NCBI GenBank assembly: GCA_025999335.1
Contig: AP024681.1
Coordinates: 227,656-291,655, forward strand
Direction: 5' to 3'
DNA length: 64,000 bases
Source: Candidatus Parcubacteria bacterium
GTDB taxonomy: Bacteria; Patescibacteriota; Minisyncoccia; UBA6257; HR35
In this document: positions 20,997 to 32,296 of the stretch, one piece after another
Layout: each line of letters starts with the position of its first letter
Position numbering within the stretch: the stretch's first letter is position 1
Program-made: the position numbers and the translations under genes
Notes under the pieces: generated by a model
Database searches by the model: none
Seen by the model: only the letters and a program-made list of their open reading frames with translations
What the model was told of the DNA's origin: nothing

Positions 20997-22558
20997 TTTT
21001 TAAACCACTGTTCTATTTTAACAAATCTTGAAGAAGCGTCAAAAAGATAACTTTGATCAAAATTATAAAAATCTTTACTTATAAAATAAATATAATAAGG
21101 ATTAACCAAAAAGATATTGGCTTTTAATTTTAAAATTAAATTTTCTAAATCAGCTAATTCTTGTGATAAATCAATGTTTGCTTCTTGAGTAAAACGTTGC
21201 AATTTTTCTTCAATAGCTAATGATTGGTGATTATTAATATTTAAACCCGCTGAAGAAAAGAATACTAAATTGGGCAAATGATCGAAAAAAATACCTGTTA
21301 ACAAAGCTGAATACTTCTTTTCTGCTATTAATTTATTTAAGTTATTTTTATCTGTAAATTGTATTTTAATAAAATTAAATTTCTCTTGCAAATATCTTGC
21401 TATATCAGGATATAAATAAGAACTATCAACAGTTAAAATTAAAGTAGATGTATTTTTATAATCTTTAAAAGTAATAGCACTAGACATAGTACTTGTAACA
21501 GCTTGATCTTTGATGAGCAAAATTTTTCTTAATGAAGGCGAAAAAATTTTTGATGTAGCTTCGGCGTAGTCTTTAAAAACATTTTTAACAAGCTCTTGCC
21601 TGTTAATTGCTTTAGACAAATAATCAATAACTTCTTCATTAACTTGAGCTTTGTTAAAAAAAATGCCAACAACGCGAGGCATAATAATTTTATATATATT
21701 ATAATCATAATGTATATTAGAGGGTAAAGAAAAATAATTCACGCCACCCAAACCATCTATCTCTTTTAAAACTAAAGCATCAAAAGCTTTCCGCACCGAA
21801 GAGTAACTATAAAAAACTATTTTATCTAAATAAGGTTGGGGTTGATATTGCAAGTTTCGCGTTAAAGTAAGAATAGTAATATCGTTTTTAGTTTCAATTT
21901 TTTCGAAAACAAAGGGACCACTGCTAACTTTTAAATCATTAAAAGATAATTGATTTAAAGAGTCAAAAGAAGCAAATTGTCTTGGAAAAATTCGGAAATT
22001 TTTTAAATTATAAAGAAAATAATTATCGTTATTTGGCAAAGTAAAGATTACTGTTTTTCTGTCAGGCATATTGATAGTAACCTTATCTAATAATAATCCC
22101 GGATTTGTCTTTTGTAAAAGATTAAAGCTAAATAAAAAATCGTCAATATCTATTAAAGCACCATCGCTCCAACGTAAATTATTTTTAAGATAAAAAGTGT
22201 AAGTCAACTTATCATTGCTAATTTTATAAGAATCAAAAAAACGAGATCTTATTTTGCCATTATCAAACTCAACAAAAGGAGGAAAAAGAATATTAAGAAT
22301 TGATTTTTGAGTAATATTGTTTTCATTAATTTTAGCTAAATTTAAAGGCTCAACAGCTTCATAAATACCTTCGCGATAAATGCCGCCAGTTTTCGGATAA
22401 GGGCTTTCAGCAATTTTAATGCGAATTAAACCAATAACCGTAAAAATGATACCTAAAAATAACAATAATAACACAAAAATAAAAAATTTATCATTAGCAA
22501 AAAACAATTTGTGTAATTTAAGAAAATTAATTCTGAATAAAGATTTTAAAGGCTTCAT
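20993..22558 (-). CDS. ABC transporter substrate-binding protein family 5 (OppA/DppA-like)
   Basis: GGIYREG, SNDKLTYTFYLK.NLRWSDG, SGPF. Confidence 0.85.
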   Translation of the reverse strand: MKPLKSLFRINFLKLHKLFFANDKFFIFVLLLLFLGIIFTVIGLIRIKIAESPYPKTGGIYREGIYEAVEPLNLAKINENNITQKSILNILFPPFVEFDNGKIRSRFFDSYKISNDKLTYTFYLKNNLRWSDGALIDIDDFLFSFNLLQKTNPGLLLDKVTINMPDRKTVIFTLPNNDNYFLYNLKNFRIFPRQFASFDSLNQLSFNDLKVSSGPFVFEKIETKNDITILTLTRNLQYQPQPYLDKIVFYSYSSVRKAFDALVLKEIDGLGGVNYFSLPSNIHYDYNIYKIIMPRVVGIFFNKAQVNEEVIDYLSKAINRQELVKNVFKDYAEATSKIFSPSLRKILLIKDQAVTSTMSSAITFKDYKNTSTLILTVDSSYLYPDIARYLQEKFNFIKIQFTDKNNLNKLIAEKKYSALLTGIFFDHLPNLVFFSSAGLNINNHQSLAIEEKLQRFTQEANIDLSQELADLENLILKLKANIFLVNPYYIYFISKDFYNFDQSYLFDASSRFVKIEQWFKK

Positions 22559-22579
22559 AAAAATTGCATATAAAACAAA

Positions 22580-22795
22580 TTAAACTATTTTATAAAATTG
22601 CAATAAAGAAAAAATAACAAATAAAAATATTAAAGCCCAGGTTAAAAAAAATAAATTTTTTTCTAAACCTCTTCTTTTTATTAAAAAAGATGTAGCAGGT
22701 CCAAAAAGTGCACTTGATTCTCCACCTCTCTGTTGCAAAATAATTAAAGCAACAATAATTCCTCCTATAATAATTTGCAAAAAATCAAAAAACAT
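22580..22795 (-). CDS. secG: preprotein translocase subunit SecG
   Basis: ILQQRGG..S.LFG...RRGLEK with two TMs. Confidence 0.88.
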   Translation of the reverse strand: MFFDFLQIIIGGIIVALIILQQRGGESSALFGPATSFLIKRRGLEKNLFFLTWALIFLFVIFSLLQFYKIV

Positions 22796-22949
22796 TTAAA
22801 AAATTAATACACTTAATATTTATTGATATCTTATTCTAAAGCAATTATATAAATTAATTTCTAAAATATTATACCATAAATTTACTTATACTGCTATATT
22901 TGCGTCAATATTTATATCAATATCAATGATATAATAAATTTAAAACAAT

Positions 22950-23039
22950 GGAAGGGTGCCGGAGTGGTTTAACGGAACGGCCTGGAGAGCCGTGCTCTCG
23001 CAAGAGGGCTCGTGGGTTCGAATCCCACCCCTTCCGCCA
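22950..23039 (+). tRNA. tRNA-Ser(GGA)
   Basis: GGAAGGG acceptor, ACGGC-CT GGA GA-GCCGT, long variable arm, encoded CCA. Confidence 0.95.
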
Positions 23040-23057
23040 ATCAGTTCCGCCAATCAG
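23032..23057 (+). repeat. 13-bp tandem duplication of the tRNA-Ser 3' end (TTCCGCCAATCAG x2), att-like scar
   Basis: Exact copies at 23032-23044 and 23045-23057. Confidence 0.85.
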
Positions 23058-23187
23058 TAAATATTAAACCTACTCCATTCTTTGCAAAAATTCGCCAGTT
23101 GATTTTAAAGTAAAAATTTAATTTTTTTTGTATTCGTATTTTTGTTAAAATCTATTGTAAACTTCAAAATTTGATATAATTAAAAAT

Positions 23188-24123
23188 ATGAAAATAAAAT
23201 TAATTTTCTTATTTTTTCTTATAGGACTTATTCCAGTTGTTTTTCAAATACAAAATGTCAAAGCGCTTAGTTGTTTACGCTTAAGTTTTCCTATTCTTGG
23301 AATTGTTAGCGATATCTCAGTAAAAGGATCGGAAACAGAAATAGTTTTGGATAAATTTTATACATTCAATACGTCAGACATCGATAATGAGAAAATAATT
23401 AGCATTGACCGGTATGAAAATATTGTTAAAGAATATATAGAAAATAATTTTCAACTTCCTGAGAAGCCTTCGTTACAAGATAATGATCCGACAAGCAAAG
23501 ATATAATTAATAAGGTTTTTATTCCTACTAATGCTTTTAAGCAAATACAAATTGATAAAAATGACATTATTATAAATGGACCTCCGTTTTATGTTTGTAC
23601 TTACAGATTCACCGGAATATTTACAAAAGATGGAAAACTAAAAAGTGCAATAATAAATGACAACTATCAAGATTACTCCTATCGCAATAATAAACTAGAG
23701 GTAGAAGCTGGCAAGGAGCTTGAATGTTATGAGCATAATATATGTAAAATTGAAGTCAATTTTAAGCTAGATGATAAATCATTTAATTTGTCCCCACCTC
23801 AATTATACAAACCAACAGGAAGTTCAATTAAATCCATTTCTCTCTTAGACAGCAGTAGCATAAAAAAAGGAAACGATGGGCGACCAGTAGTCTTTGATTG
23901 GGGTCTAAATACTTATGTAACTTATGTGTTGAATTTTTCAGATTTTACAAACCATTCAATTTCAAGCTCTACGCCAACACCAAATATAAAACCTGAACCA
24001 CCATCACCTACAGAACAAAAATCACTAACACCAACGCTATCAGAAAAAACCACAAAAAATTTCTTCCAAAAAATCTGGCTTTGGCTTATATTATTATTGT
24101 TTAAACAATTTGCAATATATTAA
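23188..24123 (+). CDS. hypothetical exported protein
   Basis: Signal peptide ending VKA|LSC, Pro/Thr linker, hydrophobic C-terminus NFFQKIWLWLILLLF. Confidence 0.7.
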   Translation: MKIKLIFLFFLIGLIPVVFQIQNVKALSCLRLSFPILGIVSDISVKGSETEIVLDKFYTFNTSDIDNEKIISIDRYENIVKEYIENNFQLPEKPSLQDNDPTSKDIINKVFIPTNAFKQIQIDKNDIIINGPPFYVCTYRFTGIFTKDGKLKSAIINDNYQDYSYRNNKLEVEAGKELECYEHNICKIEVNFKLDDKSFNLSPPQLYKPTGSSIKSISLLDSSSIKKGNDGRPVVFDWGLNTYVTYVLNFSDFTNHSISSSTPTPNIKPEPPSPTEQKSLTPTLSEKTTKNFFQKIWLWLILLLFKQFAIY

Positions 24124-24472
24124 TATATACTATTATTAGTACAAATCTTGATGTAACAATAGCTGGAACAAAATCAAATTGGAAATTTTTGCTTCAATAT
24201 CTTTTTCTTTTTTCAAAAAGTATTTTCAAATTGAAAATTTTATAATCCTAATATCGAAAATGGTTTTTTCAATTTTTTATTTAATTAATAAAATAAACGT
24301 TTTTATTAGTTGAGATGCGTATGTGTTTTCTTGACAATTATGTTATAATATAATTTGAATAACTTATATAAAGAGATATATTATTATATTTATATATAAA
24401 ATTTATCAGCTCAATTAATATTACCTAATCATTTTTATAAAAAGGTCGCCGTAAATTTAATTTGTTTAAAAA

Positions 24473-24766
24473 ATGAAACTCAAACCATTGAACGATTATC
24501 TTCTTATTGAACCTTTAAAAGAAGATGAAATTACTAAGGGCGGCATTGTTATTCCTGAAACAGCTAGAGAAGAAAGAACAACTAAAGGTAAAGTTATCGC
24601 TGTAGGTCCAGGAAAACTAAATGATAAAGGCGAACGCATAAAACCAACAATTAAAGAAGGTCAAATGGTTGTCTTTAAAAAATATTCTCCTGATGAAATT
24701 AAAATTGATGATAAAGAATATTACTTTGTTAAAGAAGATGATATTTTAGCTGTTATCGAAAGTTAA
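24473..24766 (+). CDS. groES: co-chaperonin GroES
   Basis: LKPLND, TKGGIVIP, VIAVGPG, EDDILAV. Confidence 0.97.
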   Translation: MKLKPLNDYLLIEPLKEDEITKGGIVIPETAREERTTKGKVIAVGPGKLNDKGERIKPTIKEGQMVVFKKYSPDEIKIDDKEYYFVKEDDILAVIES

Positions 24767-24875
24767 TAATGCAAACTTATATAAACTTTAGTGAACAAAG
24801 GCGAACTATTTATTATAAACATCTGGGTTTTAAATAAAAAATCAAATATAAAATTGTCGAAAATTAAATCTTTGA

Positions 24876-26525
<1,650 letters not shown>

Positions 26526-26544
26526 TTAAAAATTTAAAAACATT

Positions 26545-26889
26545 ATGGCAAGAGTTAAAAGAGGTACTATTAAACACAAAAAAAGAGAGAAAATTTTAAA
26601 ATTAACCAAAGGTTTTCGTGGTCATTACTCAAAAAAGAAAAAGTTCGCCAAAGAAGCTTTATTGCATGCTTTTAAACATTCTTATGAAGATAGAAAAAAG
26701 AAAAAAAGAGATTTTCGAAGGTTATGGCAAATAAGAATCAATGCTGCGGCGAGAACTCATAATTTAACTTATAGTACTTTGATCAATAGATTAAAGAAAA
26801 ACAATATAGCTCTCAATAGAAAAATTCTTAGCCAACTAGCTAAAGAACATAGTTCTATTTTTACACGTTTATTAGAATACGCAAAATAA
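26545..26889 (+). CDS. rplT: 50S ribosomal protein bL20
   Basis: MARVKRG, RRLWQIRINAA, LNRKILS. Confidence 0.96.
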   Translation: MARVKRGTIKHKKREKILKLTKGFRGHYSKKKKFAKEALLHAFKHSYEDRKKKKRDFRRLWQIRINAAARTHNLTYSTLINRLKKNNIALNRKILSQLAKEHSSIFTRLLEYAK

Positions 26890-26892
26890 AAA

Positions 26893-27405
26893 ATGTTAGG
26901 CGGAATTCATTTTTTTGCTGGTGCTTCGACATCGATTTTTCTAACTAATAATTATTTGCTTGCCCCAATAATTGGCATTGTCTCTCACCATCTTTTAGAT
27001 CGTTTACCTCATTTAGATTTAAATATAATGCAACCTCCTAATGACCATTTATCAACGGCTAATATGAAAGTTAAATTGTTTGTTTTTGGAGAATTGGTTA
27101 TCTTAACTTTATTTACATTAATGCTAACAATTGAATATTTTAATAGTTCGTTAGTTCATCTAACTATAGCTATTTTAGGAGGTTTAGGAGGTATTGCTCC
27201 TGATGTTTTTACTATTTTATTTAAAGAAAAATTAAAAAAATTTAAAGTATTCAAGGCTTATTTTGATTTTCATAAAAATTTTCACTTTAAATTAAAAGAA
27301 AAAAAATTAAAATATTGTTTTTTGCCAATTTTAACGGAAATTATTGTTTTAATAGCAAGCTTTGCTTTAATAGATATCGCCGCTTCTTTTATTTTAACTC
27401 ATTAA
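26893..27405 (+). CDS. membrane protein, putative metal-dependent hydrolase (YdjM-like)
   Basis: H...SHHLLD..PH.D, APD, FH...H pattern with TMs. Confidence 0.5.
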   Translation: MLGGIHFFAGASTSIFLTNNYLLAPIIGIVSHHLLDRLPHLDLNIMQPPNDHLSTANMKVKLFVFGELVILTLFTLMLTIEYFNSSLVHLTIAILGGLGGIAPDVFTILFKEKLKKFKVFKAYFDFHKNFHFKLKEKKLKYCFLPILTEIIVLIASFALIDIAASFILTH

Positions 27406-27421
27406 CAATCTTTTGTTTCAA

Positions 27422-28045
27422 TTAATATAATAAATTGATCATAAGTCTTTTATCATTGCCAACCTCTAAAACATTATCATTATCGCCGCTATCATATGAA
27501 GTTTGATCAATGCCGCCATTTTTTTTATAATCAGAAAATTCTAAATTAGCATTTATTTCAAAAGTTGAGCTGTTTCTTTTAAAAACATAAGCGTAAAATA
27601 ATTTTTTATTATAAGAATTAATTGGATCTACCGGGTAAGCAACCAATGGTGGATTAACTAGTGTTGTTAAATCAACCGGCAACCAACCATTGCCATCAAT
27701 ATTTATTAAATTAGAAGAAGATGCTTGTTTTAAACGATAACCGCCTAAAATTAAAGCGCTTAGGTTTTCAACATCAACGGGGACGGAAATAAAAATTGAC
27801 TGTTCGCTTTCTCCAATGCCGGTGTTAGTCGGTCCTAAAGCTAAGGGATTATTTTTATTAAACATTAAATAACTCGTTAAAGCCATTTCCAAAGCCCATA
27901 AATCAGCTATTCGCTTATCGTCCCTACTCTTTTTAAAAAAATTAGCATAATCAAAAACACTAAAGAAAAAAGTCAAAATTATTAACAAAATAAAGACAAC
28001 AATAACAATCTCCAATAAAGTAAGGCCTTTAGATTTAAGAACCAT
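27422..28045 (-). CDS. type IV pilin-like protein
   Basis: KG|LTLLEIVIV; SRD.KRI.DL; P.DP. Confidence 0.8.
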   Translation of the reverse strand: MVLKSKGLTLLEIVIVVFILLIILTFFFSVFDYANFFKKSRDDKRIADLWALEMALTSYLMFNKNNPLALGPTNTGIGESEQSIFISVPVDVENLSALILGGYRLKQASSSNLINIDGNGWLPVDLTTLVNPPLVAYPVDPINSYNKKLFYAYVFKRNSSTFEINANLEFSDYKKNGGIDQTSYDSGDNDNVLEVGNDKRLMINLLY

Positions 28046-28460
28046 TTCTTTGCAAGTATAAATTCAAAAATTTATTAGCGCTTCTTAAGATATCTTTATT
28101 AAAAGTAATTAATTTAAAAGCTTGAATATAGGGCAACCAAACATAACCTTTGTGCTCATCAGAAAGAATAACTTTCTGATCTTTTGCTTGAGCCAAATAA
28201 AAAATCACTTCTTTGATAATAAATTCATTGCGATGCCGAAAATGATAAATGGAATTTTTTTCAAAACCTTTAATTAATTTAACATCCAAGCCTGTTTCTT
28301 CTTTGATTTCTCTTAAAGCAGTTTTATCTGGACTTTCATAAATTTCTAAATGGCCCTTAGGAAAATCCCAATGTCCACCTAAATAATTAAGCAATAAATA
28401 TTCTCGTTTATTACCTTTCTGATAAAAAACAACGGCACCGGCGGAAATTTCTTTACGCAT
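28035..28460 (-). CDS. NUDIX hydrolase (Ap4A hydrolase-like)
   Basis: WDFPKGH...ALREIKEETGL; LSDEH. Confidence 0.9.
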   Translation of the reverse strand: MRKEISAGAVVFYQKGNKREYLLLNYLGGHWDFPKGHLEIYESPDKTALREIKEETGLDVKLIKGFEKNSIYHFRHRNEFIIKEVIFYLAQAKDQKVILSDEHKGYVWLPYIQAFKLITFNKDILRSANKFLNLYLQRNGS

Positions 28461-28533
28461 AGATGTTTATAAAAATAATTGTTATAATTATTTGTTATAA
28501 TTATTACTATAATTATTTTAAACTATTTTTAAA

Positions 28534-29844
28534 ATGAAAATTTATTTTTACGGAAGCACAGAAACAGTCACAGGTTCAAATATTCTTCTCGAAGACAATA
28601 ATAGCAAAATTTTAATTGATTGTGGTTTAGTTCAAAAAGAAAGAACTTGCGATATAGAAAATTTTTATCCTTTTCCTTATGATGTTCAATCAATAAAAGC
28701 TGTGCTTTTAACTCATGCTCATTTAGACCATAGCGGCAGATTACCAAAATTAATCAAAGAAGGATTTAAGGGATATGTTTACAGCACGCCTCCTACTAAA
28801 GATTTAGCTAAAGAAATTTTGCTTGATTCTCAAAAAATCATCAATCAAAATTGCCAAGAACTTAATAAACAAAGAATTTACTCTGAAGAAGAAATAGATA
28901 AATTATTAGAACGGTGGCAAACAATAAACTATCATCAGCCGCTAACTATTGATAATTTTAATATTGAGTTTTTTAATAGTGGACATATTCTAGGTTCAGC
29001 TTTTATTAAAATAAATAATTTGGTTATTTCCGGAGATTTAGGCAATAAAGATAAAAGTCTAACGCAAGAATTAGAACCTTTGCCTAATGTCAATTATTTG
29101 GTCTTAGAATCAACTTACGGCAATAGACTGCATAAAAATTTAGATACAAGAATAAATGACCTGGAAAAAATAATTGAGAAAGTAATTTACGAAAAAAGAA
29201 TCTTATTAATACCAACATTTGCTTTAGAAAGAGCTCAAGAAATAATTTTCGACATTCAAAAACTAATTGAAACTAAAAAAATACCGGATATTAAAATTTA
29301 TTTAGACAGTCCTTTGGCAAAAAAAATATCTCGAATTTATGAAAAATATCCTGAATATCTCAATCATAATGCCAGCGTAGAGATATTAACTGAAGGTTTA
29401 TTTAATAATGATTATTTAAAAATTATTGAAAACGATCAAGATGAGTTAGAAATGATTAAAAAACAACCTCCCAAAATAATTCTTGCTGGCTCAGGAATGA
29501 TTATGGGAGGAAAAATAGTAAAAATTTTAGATCAGTATTTAAATAATGAAAAATTATCTATTCTTTTTATTGGCTATCAAGCTCCCGAATCATTAGGCAG
29601 AAAAATTTTAGACGGAGAAATGAAAATTAAAGGCGAAATCTTAACGCTTTTTTCTTATTCAGCTCACCGCGATCAAGCCGGTATTTTAGAGTGGGTAAAA
29701 CCTCAAAGATTTAATTTAAAAGAAATCTTTTTAGTCCATGGCAATAATGATGAAAAAAAAGCCCTTCAAACGCTTATTATGGATAGTTTAGCTCTTAAAA
29801 CCACTATTCCCCATAATAAAGAGAATGTTTTTGAAATTTTGTGA
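28534..29844 (+). CDS. MBL-fold beta-CASP ribonuclease
   Basis: THAHLDHSG, GHILG, SGDLG, ESTYG, SAH, VHG. Confidence 0.9.
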   Translation: MKIYFYGSTETVTGSNILLEDNNSKILIDCGLVQKERTCDIENFYPFPYDVQSIKAVLLTHAHLDHSGRLPKLIKEGFKGYVYSTPPTKDLAKEILLDSQKIINQNCQELNKQRIYSEEEIDKLLERWQTINYHQPLTIDNFNIEFFNSGHILGSAFIKINNLVISGDLGNKDKSLTQELEPLPNVNYLVLESTYGNRLHKNLDTRINDLEKIIEKVIYEKRILLIPTFALERAQEIIFDIQKLIETKKIPDIKIYLDSPLAKKISRIYEKYPEYLNHNASVEILTEGLFNNDYLKIIENDQDELEMIKKQPPKIILAGSGMIMGGKIVKILDQYLNNEKLSILFIGYQAPESLGRKILDGEMKIKGEILTLFSYSAHRDQAGILEWVKPQRFNLKEIFLVHGNNDEKKALQTLIMDSLALKTTIPHNKENVFEIL

Positions 29845-29925
29845 TATACTATTATTAAGATAATTAAATTAAAATCAATTTATAACCACTTTGGTCGTTA
29901 TTACAATTTTATTTAATTAAAATCA

Positions 29926-30459
29926 ATGTCAAAATATTCCTCTAAACAAAAATTAGGTTTCACTTTAATTGAAATGGCTGTAGTGCTATTGATTATAGGT
30001 GTTTTAGCTGGTATTGTTTTAAGAAATATAGGAACTCAAGGCGTCGATGCCCGTGATAAAAGAAGAATAGCTGATTTAAATAATTTAGGCATTCAGTTAG
30101 TGCAATATTCTAACATAATGGGTACTTATCCGACTACAGCTGCAAGCGGAACAAACTCAGGATGGACTGATAGTTTTAAAGCAGCTTTTGGAAATGCTAA
30201 CTTATCAACTCAATTACCACTACCTCCAACTTCAAATTCAGGAGATGTATATCACTATTTCCCTTGCTCTAGAGGAGGGGCAACTGGAACAGCGTTTGTC
30301 TTAAGAGCTAAATTAGAACAATCAGCGAATACAGCACCAGCTTTATATCGTCAATCATATAATTCAAGCTCTGAGCCATCTGGATGGTCGTGTACTGCGC
30401 CTAATGGAACAAGCTTTGATTGCCAAGCTTCAAATAATTACTTTTGTTATACTCAATAA
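29926..30459 (+). CDS. type IV pilin, probable major pilin
   Basis: LG|FTLIEMAVVLLIIGVLA; ARD.RR.ADL; four C-terminal Cys; first gene of cluster, own leader. Confidence 0.85.
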   Translation: MSKYSSKQKLGFTLIEMAVVLLIIGVLAGIVLRNIGTQGVDARDKRRIADLNNLGIQLVQYSNIMGTYPTTAASGTNSGWTDSFKAAFGNANLSTQLPLPPTSNSGDVYHYFPCSRGGATGTAFVLRAKLEQSANTAPALYRQSYNSSSEPSGWSCTAPNGTSFDCQASNNYFCYTQ

Positions 30460-30522
30460 AACTCAATAAAATAAAAAGTTTTTATTATTTAAAAATTAAA
30501 TAGACTTTTCATTTTTCACTTT

Positions 30523-31200
30523 ATGCACGGTTTCACTTTAATTGAAGTTACGATTGTTATTTTAATTATTACCTTGCTTATATCTATTGCTCTTAAATAT
30601 AGTTTTATTAATAACGAAGTTTTAGAATTAAAAAACGCAACTTATAGCCTTAGCTCCTATTTAGGACAATTAAAAGATATATCTTTTAGCCGAAAAAATG
30701 TTGATGGTTATGCAACAGATCAAAGTGCTTGTGCTTATGGATTAAAAATTTCTTCATCTTCTTATATAGCTAAAGCTTTTGTAACTAGCACTAGAGCTGA
30801 TTGCGATAAAATAGCCTCAAATACTCCTGCAGAATTTCAAGATGGCAATATTTATATTACTAAAAATTTTGATTTAGTAACAACTTCTGATTATTACAAT
30901 ATTATTAATGAACAATTTAATAATATTAAAATCTCCATAGCAACATCGGCAAACGAAAATTGCGAACCTTTTCCAGGTGATCTTCTTGAAATCAATGATA
31001 GTATACTTATAAGTTTTTATAATCCTTTTGGTGATTTTATTGTTATCAACGACTCCAATGAAAAAATATTCAATTCAAGAGAAATCGGTGTAAATCAAAG
31101 CGTTTATGTATGTTTAAAATTAAAATCATCAATTAACAACGAAGAACGTTTAATTATTCTTAATAAATTAGGGCAAATAAAAACAGTTCTTTTTAAATAA
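30523..31200 (+). CDS. FimT/GspH-like minor pilin
   Basis: HG|FTLIEVTIV; C-terminal I.LN.LGQI. Confidence 0.75.
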   Translation: MHGFTLIEVTIVILIITLLISIALKYSFINNEVLELKNATYSLSSYLGQLKDISFSRKNVDGYATDQSACAYGLKISSSSYIAKAFVTSTRADCDKIASNTPAEFQDGNIYITKNFDLVTTSDYYNIINEQFNNIKISIATSANENCEPFPGDLLEINDSILISFYNPFGDFIVINDSNEKIFNSREIGVNQSVYVCLKLKSSINNEERLIILNKLGQIKTVLFK

Positions 31201-31262
31201 AAAAATATATTTTAAAATATTTTTAAAATAAAATTTATAAACGATGCTTAGCAAATTAAATT

Positions 31263-31754
31263 ATGAAATTAATAAATAACAAAGAAAAAGCTTTTACTTT
31301 AGCGGAAATAATTATTGCTTTATTAATTATTGGCATTTCTGTGGCAGCTTTAACAAGATTAGCTATTAATTACATAGTTTCTTTATCTTTAGCCAAAGAA
31401 CAACTTTTAGCTATTTATGTTACCCAAGAAGGTTTAGAACTTGCCACAGCTTTAAGAAATAGCGCTCCAACTGGTTCAAACAACAGATTTCAAGTGCCTA
31501 TTAACACAACTTCTAACGCAATATCAACTTATTGTTTAGATTTTAATTCAAGCTCTAAAGAAATTACTACTACAACTGACTGTGCTGTTTCTTGGAATCG
31601 AAAATTCACGCGCGAAATTATTTATCAAACCTTAGCAAGAGCAAACCCTGGAGGCGATGATTATATAATAAGCATTATGTCTAGTTCAACATATAATCAA
31701 GAACCTCGATTTAGTTTAAATCAAAAAATTGTTCATACAGGTTATATAAGATGA
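31263..31754 (+). CDS. PilV-like minor pilin
   Basis: KA|FTLAEIIIA; QEGLE. Confidence 0.78.
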   Translation: MKLINNKEKAFTLAEIIIALLIIGISVAALTRLAINYIVSLSLAKEQLLAIYVTQEGLELATALRNSAPTGSNNRFQVPINTTSNAISTYCLDFNSSSKEITTTTDCAVSWNRKFTREIIYQTLARANPGGDDYIISIMSSSTYNQEPRFSLNQKIVHTGYIR

Positions 31755-32296
31755 CTAAAAAGAATAAAGCTTTTACTTTAATAGAAACAGTGGTAGTAAT
31801 TATGTTGTTTATTTTTGCGATTGTAATTATAGCGCAATTGTATATTAGTTTAACCAAGGCTGCTTTAGATTTACAACAACGACATATAGCTATAAATTCC
31901 ATTCACTCAGGTTTAGAAAAAATATATAGCGAATTGAAAAATGGATTCAGTTTTACAATAACAGATAATTCAATACTTTTTAAAGACAAATTATGTGAAA
32001 CCGCTATGATTAATTTTGATTCCAATAGGTTACTACTATATTACAATAGCTCATCATTGTTTAATAAAGATTTTGTTGAATTAGAGGATGTGAAAATTTA
32101 TGGTTATAATCCATCTACAACACCTAGCGCTAGTTACTATTATCAACATTCATCATCAACAAAATTAATAGTTATTGACTATTATTTTTATATAAAAAGT
32201 CCCATTACAACAAAAACACCTTTATTTATTAGGCAAAGCATTGCTCCTTTAAATAGTTCCAAGGCCCAAATAGTAAATCGTTGTAAATTTGAATAA
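31751..32296 (+). CDS. PilW-like minor pilin
   Basis: KA|FTLIETVVV. Confidence 0.78.
   Translation: MTKKNKAFTLIETVVVIMLFIFAIVIIAQLYISLTKAALDLQQRHIAINSIHSGLEKIYSELKNGFSFTITDNSILFKDKLCETAMINFDSNRLLLYYNSSSLFNKDFVELEDVKIYGYNPSTTPSASYYYQHSSSTKLIVIDYYFYIKSPITTKTPLFIRQSIAPLNSSKAQIVNRCKFE

Noticed and set aside
24300-24472. CIRCE element before groES or hsp20
   Set aside because: No TTAGCACTC-N9-GAGTGCTAA match; only a partial half-site resemblance near 52089-52096
28473-28505. Repeated, near-palindromic TGTTATAATTATT between the divergent NUDIX and beta-CASP genes
   Set aside because: Explained by overlapping extended -10 boxes and low complexity; cannot support an operator
30451-30470. ACTCAATAAA tandem duplication at the pilin stop codon
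   Set aside because: Only two 10-bp copies; likely slippage with no evident function
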